From the human T2T-CHM13v2.0 reference genome, Homo sapiens, in assembly GCF_009914755.1 (NCBI RefSeq), contig NC_060941.1: a DNA stretch of 64,000 nt; one strand, 5' to 3'. Position numbers and translations under genes: made by a program. This document shows, piece after piece, positions 48,746-64,000 of the stretch. The notes below the pieces were generated by a model, which saw only the letters and a program-made list of their open reading frames with translations, was not told where the DNA came from and did no database searches. Positions within the stretch are counted from its first letter, which is position 1. Every line of letters begins with the position of its first letter.

Positions 48746-49601
48746 TCACAATAAAGTGTCTGTGATTTGCCCCTATTACATACGTACACAGTATATATTC
48801 GCCGTGATTTCAATGGTCAATGCACATCAAAGAAACTGGGAGATAAAAATATATAACATCACGGGAAGAACTTTCAAATACGTTTTTGTCTATAGCAAAA
48901 TAAGCAAGATGAAAATATTTTGGTTGTTCCTGTTGTCTCAAGTTACTGTGAATAATACATATTAAATTCATGATAGTTCATCTATGAAGGTAATTTACAA
49001 GGGACAGATAAATAGGAGAGTGAAAATATTATTCAAATGCCATAAAGTTCATGGTGATTACTAATGCCTGTTTGGTAGTAAGTGATATCCTTGGCCTTTA
49101 TTGTTAATATTTTTGGCCTTGAACACTATAATTCTATTATTGCCACAACAAACATCTCCTGAGCCTCAGCTTTGTCCATGAAGAAAACTTCCCAGAAGAG
49201 GGACACACATTCAAGACCACTGCTGCTAGAGAAGTTCAGGTGGTGACCTCTACTCAAGCATCTCGTCCTTTGACCATTTTTCTATTTCCCCTCATAAACA
49301 GACATAGGAAGGTGACAGTACCGGGAACCTCATCGAAAACAGGTGTTAAGTACATGCTTGACACCAAGAATAACAAAAGCAAAGATGCAAGAGGTAAGGT
49401 TGATTTTAACTTCTACAAATCTAAAATGCAAGGCAGAATGTATCTGTTAACTCTATTGGCAAAATATATACAATTTGGAAATGAGTGAAAAGGCCTCCCA
49501 TAAAATAAGATGATATGGTGGGTACAGCTATTCATAATGAAATGTGTCGGGGTTGCTACCAGTGCAAGATCTCATAGGGATTCAGGGCCAAGTGTGAGTT
49601 A

Positions 49602-49751
<150 letters not shown>

Positions 49752-49765
49752 CTATGACAAAATTA

Positions 49766-50098
<333 letters not shown>

Positions 50099-51608
50099 TC
50101 AAGTCCTGGGTGAGACGCACAAGGAAGCCGTTCTGGCCGCTCGAAGCCACACTGGCTTGTTGGCCTGCTCAGCCCACCTCAGGCCCCTGGCACCAGTTCC
50201 TGCACTGACTTTCTTCAGGGACGCTGCCCTGCACATTCTCCTGCTGCCACTCAGCCATATACCCACACTGCGCACACTAAGAAACCGATTTTCCTGAGGC
50301 AATGAAGACTGTAGACAGAAGGGCCCGTTTTCTCTGTGCTGCTCTCTTTATCGTGCCTTTAGGAGCTACTCTCGTTTTCCTTTTGATATGTCACAGAAGA
50401 AACATTTCTCCCCAACCCCCAAGGTAATTTTTCTCCTCCTTCCCTCCACTTTGCCGCAATGGAGCGCAGCACTCAAAAGCTACAATGGGGTTGTCAATGT
50501 CTCTCATTTACGGCCCGGCCTCCTCCAGGGCCTGGAGATGACTCTAGATCTGTGGAGCCCTCACCTCCTTGTGACCATACCTGGGCTTCCCACTACACCC
50601 TGTCACCTCCTCAGCCCCACAGCAGGGTCTGAGACCCAGTTCCCATTCGCCTTCACTCTACTATTTTTCAATTTCTCACTCTCCTTCAGGAACACAGAAA
50701 CCCTCAACCCCCCTCCTGCCAAAAACAACCCCCAGGCCCAAATGAAGCTCATTACCTTGCGGTTCCTTCGACAGACAACTGACATTTTTCTACTCCTTAT
50801 GAAACTCTCAGGGTCCACAGGCAAACGTTCCTATTACTGACTTCCTGGCTTCCAGCAGTCGGCTTTCTATCCCACCACGCTACCGAAGCTGCATTTTAGA
50901 TCTTGACAAAGGACTCCCAGACTCAGAACTTAGCGGCTTTTCCTCAGCCAAATCCAAGTGCCTGGCACGCTGCACTCCTCTGGGGACTACCCACTACTGG
51001 ACATCTCATCCCTGCATTCCAGAGCACCAGAACGGCCTCCGAGTCTCCTGGGCCCCGCTAACAGTGCTGATGCTCCACTCCGACAGTCCACTCACACGGC
51101 TGCGCTCCCACCTAGACTCTGAGTTCCTCAGGAGCAGGGATCATGGCCCAGGCATTTTTGTTGGCACAACCAAGTGACCGACAGACTCCAGGCCTCCTGA
51201 GGATGTTTGTTGAGTAAATTAACTGGGTATTTCCTAGAAATAATCTGTAATTGTTTCTCTGGAGTCCTTTTATAACGGCTTGCAGGAGTAGCTATAGGAC
51301 TCTCCTGGGAAAGAGAAGCAATTGAAGGCGATGGAAAAAATAAGAAAAACATTTTGAATTATTCATTCACTCCAGCAAACAGCGGTATCAGGAGTGGGAG
51401 TGTCTTAAGAAAAGACAGACAGTTGCTGTTTTAGAGCAAAAATTACCTACCTGTCACATTTCCTTGCAAGAATCCCACAACTGCCATACTGCCAACGAAT
51501 TCCTCCTTGCTGGTTAGAATTTTCCCTGAACCCACTGCTTCATAACTGATTTTATTCTTGCTCCTTACAAAACCTTCTAACTTATTCCTACCAGCCAAAA
51601 AGAATTAG

Positions 51609-51943
<335 letters not shown>

Positions 51944-52940
51944 TAATTCCAAGAGTTTCTACTACAAAAACAAAAGTTTCAAAAATGACTTTTGAATCTA
52001 TTAAGCATCCACCTTCCAATTCTTGCAATCTCCTTCAGGAATGCTGTACAAATTCACCCAATCTTCTTATTAAAAACTACTGCCCTAGTTGCTTCTTTGG
52101 CCCTCTGGGAGATAAAACTGTCAAATGATGAGTCAGAAACATGCCGGGCACTTTGTTTAGTGGAATGAGGCAGCTGGTTTCCTTCTCCGCAGTGGTCGGC
52201 TGATTTCTATTACACCTGTGTGTCAGGCACTGTCCTCCAGGTTTTCATGAGGGAGCTGTGACATCAACCTATCTCCGAGTGTTTGGAAAGTGGACTTCAA
52301 AAGTGTTCAAAATCACTTTAGCTCCTTCCCCCTTTTTATCCTTATCCCAATGTCCTCCAAGGTGCTTCAAGCTCAAGTTCATGGATTTCTGTAAAGATAC
52401 CTATTATTTTGACTATTGTAAGCACTATTCTGCCTTTTTCCACAGTACAATCTGGTTCTTTTGAATAGGTTATCTTCTTTTTTTGATGTATCCTGATTTT
52501 AAGTTCCAGCCTACCATATGCATAGTGTGAATAAAATATTGAGGGGCAGGGGCTGCAAAGGCAAAGGCATGCTGGCTTACATATAAGATTACATGGATTT
52601 GTTAGCTTTAAGTCCTTAAGATGAAATAATGCAAGTGAAATATCTTTGTTTTTAACTTTCTATCTTGAAAATTTTGCAAGCAAGGTTTAGATCAATGAAA
52701 AAGCTGCACAAAGTATATCTATATACTTCGTTTCCTGCACTTTCGATAGTTGTAGCATGTTTCTGGCAGATGTCAAGTTTTTTGCTAACTCTATGAAGTT
52801 AGCCTGGCACCTGCCATTGCTCACTCCTTATGCTATGTTAGGCATTCTGCAGTTCAGTGGATACAGTGAGGAGAGTCTCTGCTATCAACAGGTTCTCTTT
52901 ATTATTTATATAGTATCTAAATATTAGTATATAAAAACCC

Positions 52941-53311
<371 letters not shown>

Positions 53312-54054
53312 TCAACTTTCCATGCTACTCTTTTTACTCTGTATTCTATTTTATAGGCAAAAATCCACAAGTATTGCCTTTACCTTCTTCCGTTTAAAGC
53401 CCTCTTGACCACTATCTGGGCAAGCAGACTGCCCAGGAACCAGAGCTGTTTTCCAACCCACATGTAGAGTACATTATTACAGAGTGCTGACTTCCAGTCC
53501 AGGTGTTCAGATTCTGTTTGCTCAAAACTGTCTGGATGGCAAACTATTCAACCTGTCTCAAATTCTCTCACTCCCAAACCCGAAGTGTTCAGTAGAAAGA
53601 AGTAAATACCAGTATTACCTTCTAAATCCAAATCAGTTCTAAGTCCTTTGAATTCTATCTCAAATTTAACAACTTTTCTCTCGTTCTCCACCACCACCTT
53701 CTTGGGTCCAGGCACCATCATCTTCTACCCAAATCACTAAGACAGCTTCCCAACTGGCCCTCCCAATTCTATTCTTGGCCCATTCTCAATGGATTCTGCC
53801 TACCGCAGCCAGGCGGCCTTGACAGTATAGATTCCCCCTCACTGCACTCCTAACCCCTGTCCAGCGTCTGATTCTCAAGCCTCTTCTCTCACCTTGCTCC
53901 CTCTCACCCATCCTGCTCCAGCCACACTGGACTGTGTCACCTTCTCAAATGCTGCCAGACTCTTGCCAGGATGCTGCTGTAGTTCCCTTACTGAAAAGCT
54001 TCTCTCTCCTCCCTTCACAGGGCCAGCCTTCTTACCCTTGAGGTTTCAGCCTCA

Positions 54055-54184
54055 GAGAAGCATTCTCTGAGGACTTGAGCTGAAGCAGGACCCCATACCC
54101 CTTGGCCCCGTGTGTGTGTGTGTGTGTGTGTGAGAAGCATTCTCTGAGGACTTGAGCTGAGGCAGGACCCCATACCCCTTGGCC

Positions 54185-54232
<48 letters not shown>
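54055..54232. repeat. Tandem duplication of a 55-bp core plus (GT)n
   Basis: Core 54055-54109 with (GT)11; core 54132-54186 with (GT)23; one mismatch between cores. Confidence 0.93.
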
Positions 54233-54235
<3 letters not shown>

Positions 54236-54517
54236 AGATAGGGTCTCACTTTGTCACCCAGGCTGGCATGCAGTGGTACCATCTTGGCTTATTGCAGCCT
54301 TGACCTCCTGGGTTCAAGAGATCCTCCCGCCTCAGCTCCCACAGGTAGCTGGGACTACAGGCGCATGCTACCAAGCCTGGCTAATTTTTGTATTTTTAGT
54401 AGAGATGGGGTTTTGCCATGAAGCCCTGGCTGGTCTCGAACTCCTGAGCTCAAGTGATCTGCCCACTTCAGCCTCCCAAAGTGCTGGGATTACAGGCCTG
54501 AGCCACCACGCCCAGCC
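54233..54517 (-). mobile_element. AluJ-like whose tail is the (GT)n tract
   Basis: Antisense Alu match. Confidence 0.92.
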
Positions 54518-54713
54518 TCCTTGTGTGTTTTTGTATTGCAACATCCCATTACTTAGAATGTTCATGTATTTACCTGACTATCTCTGCCACTATAAAGCAA
54601 CTTCTGTAAGGACAGACTATGTCTCACACACTCTTGCACCCCAGGTCAAAATGCAATGCTTATCTAGCACAAGCACTTCCTCAGTGAACGATTAATTCGT
54701 GAATACCCACTCA

Positions 54714-54875
<162 letters not shown>

Positions 54876-54964
54876 CTAAGAGAGAAAGAGTTTATTTACT
54901 TTTTTTAACTACAAGAAAGATTAGATTAAATCTACAAGCCAGAAAAAGATCAAGAAAACCTTAC

Positions 54965-55034
54965 CATTCGTTCACAGGCCTGTTTACCATCCATAAAACC
55001 TTTAGGAATAGCATTTGGAGTTAGGATCTCATAT
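54965..55034 (-). CDS. MYH10: MYH10 ex18: [23 protein letters not shown]
   Basis: AG/GT sites, 70 nt. Confidence 0.96.
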
Positions 55035-56320
55035 CTGTAAGAGAATATTCCAAGAAGTATTTTGTAGAAATTTGTGAACGATGTGTATCTACTAACTGTG
55101 TGTTTTGCTCTAAGAGGCAATAAAATGTTGGGTAATACATGTTAAAGATATGATGTAATACATGTTCAAGAAATGAACTGGTGATAATCTGATGTTTTCT
55201 GTAGATCTACTTTATTTCTCATAAGTAAAAATGAGGTTAGTTCTTTCAGGTCAAAAAGTAGGTTTAGGAGGTTGTGGCAGAGAAAAATCAAAAGCATGGT
55301 GTTTTAGAAACCTTTCATTTTTCTTCATGTCCCATAAAATGTTCATATCCTTAAGACGCAAAAGAGAATCTGGCTTTCTGTACTTTAAGTCACTGTCAAT
55401 TTGTAGCATTTATTAGATAACAGGAAGGGCTGTAAGAGCTGTGTTCATAGGCTTCTATTCAAAACATCAGAAAATATCAGGGTGACATGTGACATGACGT
55501 TGGTCTGGGTGTATACACATACATATGTTCACTGAGCTGCACATTTAAAATCTGTGTACCTCACTGTATACAGTCTATACCTCAATCAGAAAAATAAAAG
55601 ATACTGGCTATATATTAAAGGAGGAATCCTGGCTACATCAATCAACTTTGTATCTTGGATGCCAATTATACTCCCTTTTTCTCCTAACAATAAAAAATGA
55701 AAATCTACCAGACTTCATCATACAATGGGATCAGAATGATGGCTTTCCTCAAGACACACATGGACTGGAAAAGCTTCTCAAGGTGATTCTATCTGGAACA
55801 GTGGGAGAAAGGGCACAAAGACCATTCTTTGACCTGGCAGCACCATTTATTTCATGGAACAGCAAATGGTGTCATACTTTCAAATCTGATTTCCAGAAAA
55901 AAGAAGAAAAAAAGCAAACTAAAAGTAACTATTCAAGAAAATTACCAAATAAAAGTTAAAAATAACTCTCAACATATGTTTGTATCCATTTCCACTGCAA
56001 GTTGATAGATCTTTTCCCTTTTGTTTTTTCTTAATCCTTTTCTATCTACTCCTTTCCCTATGTTAGCTAAAAGACTGTAATTGCACGCATGTGTGTGCAC
56101 ATGTATACACATACATTGGAAAAAATACATACACATACACACACACATACAGATATATTCATTGAGAAAAGATGGAAAGAAGTACCCCAACATGTTTTTA
56201 GGAATCACTCCTTGATGATTTTTATTTACTTTTTTACTTCTCTTGTATTTTCCAATTTTCCTAAAAGGAACATACATTACTCATCTATTTAAAAAATCAA
56301 TTTTAAAAATAATTATGTTA

Positions 56321-56669
<349 letters not shown>

Positions 56670-56954
56670 CTATGTTTATCTCAAAGCTAACTTCAGGGCC
56701 CTGAAAACATGGCATGTTTCTTTGCAGCGCCCATAGCAGTTCCTAGCACACTCCCTTTTGATAAAGTAGGCACTCAATCTTCCTACCAATAATCAAGGTA
56801 GTAAGGATTGTCCCTTTTCCAGAACCTCACTATATGTTTGCTATATAAGAAAACAAACTATGTAGGGGACAAGGAAAAAGATTTCCTTATTTTATCACTG
56901 TTTTAATTCATATCAAGATAAACTCTGATACATAAGCAAAAAAAGTAAAAGTTA

Positions 56955-57083
<129 letters not shown>

Positions 57084-57151
57084 CTAATCAAGCAAACAAT
57101 AGTTTCATGGTTTAATCTTTAGCATCTGACCTAGATCAGTTTTAAATACTA

Positions 57152-57415
<264 letters not shown>

Positions 57416-59559
57416 TTAGCAGGGAAAGAAAAGACACAGTGAAAGTGCAGCAGCACAAGCTTTGTGGAACAAATGACAGGAGATGCCATATAGGTAAGGC
57501 AGTCAGCATACTTTGGCACTGCACAAGCCGGGAACTAACAGCCACACACTTATATGGCAGGATACTGTAGTGCTTTGACAGCTCCACACCAACACACACC
57601 AGCAGATGCCTTCCGCTGCGCTAGTTTCAGGAATTCACTGTCTTGGATAACATTCTGACTGTTACATTTACAATTATTTGGAAAATGAAAACTCATTGGC
57701 TGGCATTATTGATACATACAAACTGATACTGTGAAAGGCCTCCAAATAGGAAATGGCTCATAAAAATATATATAAGAATATCTGATTGTACAAATCCACT
57801 TAACAAATAACCTCAGGGACTAGGGACCAGAATTCTCTCTTATTAGTCATTAGATATTCAGTGAGAAAAGTCATTCAAGTTTTAGGAACAAATGCAGGAA
57901 GATTAGATTACAGGAGTTCAGATTTTTAGCAATGTGTAAGCTTCAGCTCTCTTCTCAAAACATGAATAACACTTACTAAAGGGCAAGAACACAAAATAGG
58001 AAGGACTCTTCTGAAAAGATAAATGACTAAGCTTCCTAGGTGTTCAATGGCTAAACTTGTCAGACATTCCCTTGTTACAGCAACCGATAGTTTTACATTA
58101 TCCACAAAGACCTAGTACTTCTAATGATGAGACCATAAACAGTACACCAGCCACAAGCAAAACATTTGGTGCATAATGTACATATCCTCTTATTGAAAAG
58201 AAGTTAAATGAATGAAACACATTACTCAAATACTTTAAAATCAATCAGAATTATCAACTGAACTGCCCTTTTTAATGCCCTCCTCAACCCTAATGGACAC
58301 CTCATTTCTTTCATTTGTTTCCTATGACAGAAGCATATGGGGACCTGACACTGTATGAAGAGCTTTATGTGCAAGATCTCATTCAATTATCAATTTCCAA
58401 TGAGGTTTTTAACACAAGAGAACCAAGACCCCGGGAGGTAAAAGTGAACTGCTCAAGTTATGCAGGTCTTCAGTGGAAGCTGGGAGAAGGGCGGGTAAAA
58501 GCTGTTTAATTTCCAGGCCCATGCAGGCACACTACACTACAACTGCTTCCAAGCAAAGCTACCAGATTCAAGGGTGTGGGTCAGAGCTACCTCTTTTGCT
58601 TGTGCATTGGAGACTGTCTACCTCAGAGACCACCATTCTTTCCTGTGCCTTCAACCTCTCCCTCTTCACTTGCCCCAGCAGAAAGCGGCACAAACCCACT
58701 TCTGCAGGCCCCATAAAATACTGATCTTCCCTTGACCCTGTATCTGCCCACTTCTCTTGTCAGAGCCACGCTTCTTTCTTGAGTAGTTCACACCGTTGCT
58801 ACACCATATCCTCTCCCACTAACTTCCCAGTGTGTAGCCAACTGGCTTATGGCCCGTCCTCTTCCTCTCCTGCCCAACACTACTCAGGCAATGACTGGTC
58901 AATTGCTAAATGAATAGACACCACCCAGTGCTTGTTTTTCTTGACCCTGGTACGTTTACCTGGTGATGTCACAGCACCATTGTAAAAACTCTCCACTCCT
59001 GGCTTTTTTAGGAGCTCCACCTTCTCCTGTACCCTACTTCCCCCTCACTACTTCAGTCCCATGTTTCTTGATGATTTCTCTTCTGCTTTTCCTGTACCTC
59101 ATGGCACTCGCCTGGGATCCCAAATCAATTCATCTGCAACCCTTCTAGAATAAGGCACAATACAAATGCTGACACTGGCCCTCTGCTTTTCTCAAGCCAT
59201 ATTCCCAACCCAGGTGATCTCAGCTATGACTCTAACTAGATATACCTGACCACCCAGAGCCAGCTGCCAAACACCTGTGTTCTACTCTCCACTCAGATGT
59301 CACAAAGGTGCCTCTGCCTTCTACAAATGTTTGTTCAATCCTAGCATGTCTGCTTTGACTCAGTGTTTTATCCCTGCTCCCTGCATGATGTCTGGCACCA
59401 ACATACTTCATATATACATGTCAGTGGATAAATTATGTAAACATTAAATATCTTTGTAATTAAAAAGAGTGAGAAATGCATTCAAAGAAAATAACAGGAT
59501 GCCATAGGAGAAATGAGTGGTTAGAGATCTCTCTGGGGAAATGCCATATAATACCCCAA

Positions 59560-60240
59560 AATTAACAATGGGCCTGTGGGAAGATGACCACTCCAGTCGG
59601 TGCAATCAGCATATGTGAAAGACCAGGGGCAGGAAGAAGCGAAGGAAGGCCAGCACGGAGGAGGAGGCACCAGTGTGAGGAGGAGCTTATGACACTCGCA
59701 CTGGCTGCTGCCTGCAGAATGGCCTGGGGAAGGGGGAGGGAGAAGTGGAAGTGGGGAGGCCAGACAGGTGACCCTTCCAGGAGTCCAGGGTCTAGGCGAT
59801 GAGGGCAGCTGGAGCTAGTGAGATTACAAAGACAGATCGAGAAGGAAGATTCAACAGGTATTTTAGTGGGAGGACTGGCTTGCTCTTGGATGAACTTGAT
59901 ATGCAAAGTGAGGCAGAGGAGCATTTCAAGAATAACTGCCAGGGTTCTGGCTTGAGCAACCGAGTGGCGGTAGGGAAGACAAGGAGGGAAGTGGGTTTTG
60001 TGGATGGGAAGACAAGACCCAAACTCTAAGTAAGTCTGGGATGCCTGGGGGACTTCGAAGTGGAAGAGAAATGTCAAGTGACAAGAGGAAAATTCCAGTC
60101 TGCTGCTAGGAAGAGAGGTTGGAACTAGAAAGGTAAATTTGGGAGTTGTCAACTTTTATCTAGGGGAGACCAGAAAGAGATGGAGGGCCTAAGACCATCC
60201 CCAAGGAGCTCAGCAGAGGAGGAGGAGTTAAAGAGCAATG
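59560..60240. mobile_element. L2 LINE remnant
   Basis: Purine-rich L2-type motifs (caagaataactgccagggttctggcttgagcaac...aaatttgggagttgtc). Confidence 0.65.
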
Positions 60241-60242
60241 AA

Positions 60243-60596
<354 letters not shown>

Positions 60597-60929
60597 TTAA
60601 ACCCAAGCACAGATCCACCCTCTGTCCTGTTCTTCCTCCTGGGTTTCCTATCCAATGGAACCACTGACCAAAAGTGGTCAAGCCAAAAGTTAAGATGTCG
60701 TCGATCCACCCTCCTCTCCCCTGCCCTTGCTGGGCTCCTGCTTCTGACCTGGATCCTGCACTTCTCCCCCATTTCATCCTCTACCCGTAGTGCTACATGT
60801 TTCCTTCATTTACACCTTTTGTCCCTGTGTAATGTAGCAGCCACTTCTAAAAGACAAAACTAAGTATTAACATCCTTGAGTTTCTCCCACAGCCTGTCGG
60901 ATATTGTCCAAATAACTCAGCTCAGTAGT

Positions 60930-61090
60930 ACAGCACAGCAATGGCCTTCACTCAGAGTCAGACACACCACACTCATGAGCTGGGTGATTCTGGGGCAAGT
61001 GACCCAATTTCTCTAAGCCTCAATTTCCTCCTCTTGAAATGGAGCTAAGGAGACCACGCTTCAGAGTTGTGAGCCTGAAAAACATTCAAG
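60930..61090 (+). mobile_element. MIR SINE
   Basis: gctgggtgattctggggcaagtgacccaatttctctaagcctcaatttcctc core. Confidence 0.7.
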
Positions 61091-61848
61091 TGTTCAACGA
61101 AGGCACCTCTCTTGTCCCTTTCACACATGCCCCTAAAGGCCAACTGTACAAACTAGTTGCATTTTCCCAAAGACACAATGACTTCACATTCCATCCTTTT
61201 CTCTCTGCCTGGAATGCCCAGCCCGCTCCAGTCATCTTGGCAAATGCTTAAATACTTTTAAATCTCCATTCCTTTACCAGCTACCTCAGGGAACCCTTCT
61301 TATGCTCGGTTTTCACCCTGCCTCCAAAGCTAAATACACCACTCCCTTCTCTAGGCTTCAAATCCCTGGGACAGAACTTCCACACTGTTTCTGTGCTTCT
61401 TCTCACTGGACTGAGCTTCCCCAGGGAACATTTTTCCAGCATCTCACATACTCAGGGCCCCGAAAGCTGTGCCTATGGTGTCTCTGGCCCCCCAACCATC
61501 AGCGGAGACAATCTCCCAGCCCCAGATGTTGGCCGGTGCCTGGTGCTGGGCACACAGTAGCTATTTAATAAATATCTGCTAAGTGAACTTGCACGAAGTT
61601 TACCAGAAGAACAAATCACCACTACAACAAAAGAGGAAGAGCACCATGTTACTCTGGAAGGATCAATTACACTGGTTGTGCAGTACTTTAGCCTGCACGG
61701 GCAGTTCTTAAACACAATCTGCTGTCAGTGTTGTGTGTGTGGTTTTTTAAAAATATAGTAACTAATAAATAGTCATAATAATCCTGATTTTCAAATTTAA
61801 TTTTAATACGGACAATCCAAAGCTAAATATTCAGATTAAAAAAAATAA

Positions 61849-62164
<316 letters not shown>

Positions 62165-64000
62165 GTTTTTAATTCAACATTTTAAACTCAGGGTTAGATT
62201 CCACCAACAAAATCATCTTGTGGGTAAAAGAGAAACACTTTGGGAAATTCATTAAATGATTTGAGCCACACTAATAATGTATGATTTCACTCAATAATCA
62301 AGACCCGAAAAAACTCTATTTTAAGAGTATTTTCTTGTTGATCAAAGCAGAAACCAGAGAAAGGCAGAAAATGCGAAGAGAAGACTCCAGCAGCTCCTTG
62401 AAATGGGCGGCGCGCCTCACTGGAAGACCTAATATTGCTTCTAAATCTCAAGTGCCCTTCCTCCAGCCACAGTTTCAGGGTAAAGATTAGCTTTGTTTAT
62501 TCTTGCACTGTAAATTCTTCTATCTGAGATGTCAGGAGACCCTGGTTAGGATTGCTGGGGGGCATTTAAATTCATTACTTGGTTCTAGAAGCCTGAAAAG
62601 TATTTTCTTCTAACACCTAATTTACTAATCTATAACAATGTATTTAAACAGTCAGAAATTAGATGAGTTCCAGACTGAAATCTGTGAGGACATATTCGCA
62701 TAGCTTTAAGAGAGAAAATGCAACGTGTCGTCTATCTCATCATGAAACTGCCACCAACAGTTTCATAGAAGGAATGGCATCGCTTGGTACCGAATCCTTA
62801 ACTGGCCCTTCTAGGGGATAATCTAGGAGACGGGGCCATAAGATTTTTATGTTTTTCAAATCTGTGCATGGGCCAAAATACTAGTGTTACTAAATTTACT
62901 TTCAAGTATTTAAGCTAGATCTTCAGAAATTCATTCTAGTTAATATAGCTGGAAACCAAAAAAGGGGGAAGAAACCTATTTAATGTTAATTTCAACAGCC
63001 AGATGCTGATGACTGAGAGCAGCATCACGCGCTCCTCATGAAAGGTATCCAGTGCCCAGCACTGTGTGAGGCATGGAGCAGGTTCTCAATACTCATTTAA
63101 ATAAGGTAAGACAATTCCACCCTCATATAGATGAAAATGTCACTGTTATAAACAATTTGGAAACAAATATATTTAACTATTATGAATTCGCAGAAACGAT
63201 CTTCACATCAGTCTGTCTCCATAATATCCCTGTTACGTGGTACTGTAATAACAAGTTTACAGTGGTTACATAACTAGTTGCTAGAACCGATCTGCTAATT
63301 ACTCTAGCATTGGGAAATTTTTAGAAAAACCCCAGGAAGTTAAGAGGTTGACAGGAAGCACATGATTTAAGGAGAAAGCAATCTTCTTTATCCCAAGCAC
63401 TAGTCTCAAGCCAAACTTGAATGTCTCCCTTATTTCCATCTACCTTCCTATCCCTTTCGGCCAGGCCATCTAAGGCGCTGGGCAGACAGGAAGCCCCTCT
63501 TTGCCTACAGCTTCCACTGTGCTCTGCGCTCGCTTTCTCCCGTTGTGGGGTCCCATGTCCCCAACTCATGCTGAGACTGGGCAGCCTGGCACCACGGCCT
63601 ATCAGCTGTACCTTGGGACACTATGAGCGATACTAGACTTATGTTAAGTAAAGCCAAGGAAATAAACATTTATCGGGTTTCTCTGTTGTTCTGTAATTAC
63701 AGCAGCAGCTGCTGCAGATGCAGCCACGGCAATGGCAACTCTACAACACCACACATTCAGGCACTCCCCATGTGCCACGCATTCAGGTTCACGTTGCCTC
63801 AGTTGATACTCACAGTAACCCTGAGAACTAAATGTTGCTGTCCGCACTTGTCCTCAGGAACTCAAACTGCAGTACCCAAGCGCTGCTTCTCCTCGGTGAG
63901 TTTCCAACTATTGCTAACACTCAAGACCAAAAAACAGGGAGGAGGAGAATATAATGCAACAACAAAAACCTTCATCCATTGAAAGCGAGAACAATTTAAA

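Noticed and set aside
59562-60152. Longest ORF in the track (196 aa, minus strand)
   Set aside because: Lies in an L2 remnant, has biased composition and no recognisable domain

Overview
Primate (human-like) genomic DNA, rich in Alu/L1/L2/MIR repeats, holding two convergent genes. On the + strand is the 3' end of NDEL1: last intron, terminal coding exon ending ...PGMLPLSV*, and a 3'UTR with AATAAA at 4299. On the - strand is the 3' two-thirds of MYH10 (non-muscle myosin heavy chain IIB). I traced 26 GT-AG coding exons, 4067 nt in total, that splice in consistent phase from loop 2 (VDRIVGLDQ...) through SH1/converter, the IQ neck, the coiled-coil rod and the tailpiece (...QPPQSE*), followed by a ~1.6 kb 3'UTR. 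Exon numbers assume the 41-exon model recalled for MYH9/MYH10. There is no prokaryotic-type system and no new large ORF: nearly all short ORFs in the track are Alu-derived, antisense shadows of the myosin rod, or chance. The most interesting signals are at RNA level. (1) A palindromic bidirectional poly(A) signal (AATAAATTTATT) plus a candidate distal NDEL1 terminal exon that would overlap the MYH10 3' end. (2) A (UG)13-flanked antisense-Alu cryptic acceptor resembling a TDP-43-repressed poison exon. (3) A candidate in-frame loop-2 microexon. (4) An intron with no polypyrimidine tract and U12-like ends. (5) Y4 and U7 small-RNA retrocopies. Items 1-4 are unverified hypotheses. Repeat subfamily names were assigned by eye from recalled consensus sequences.
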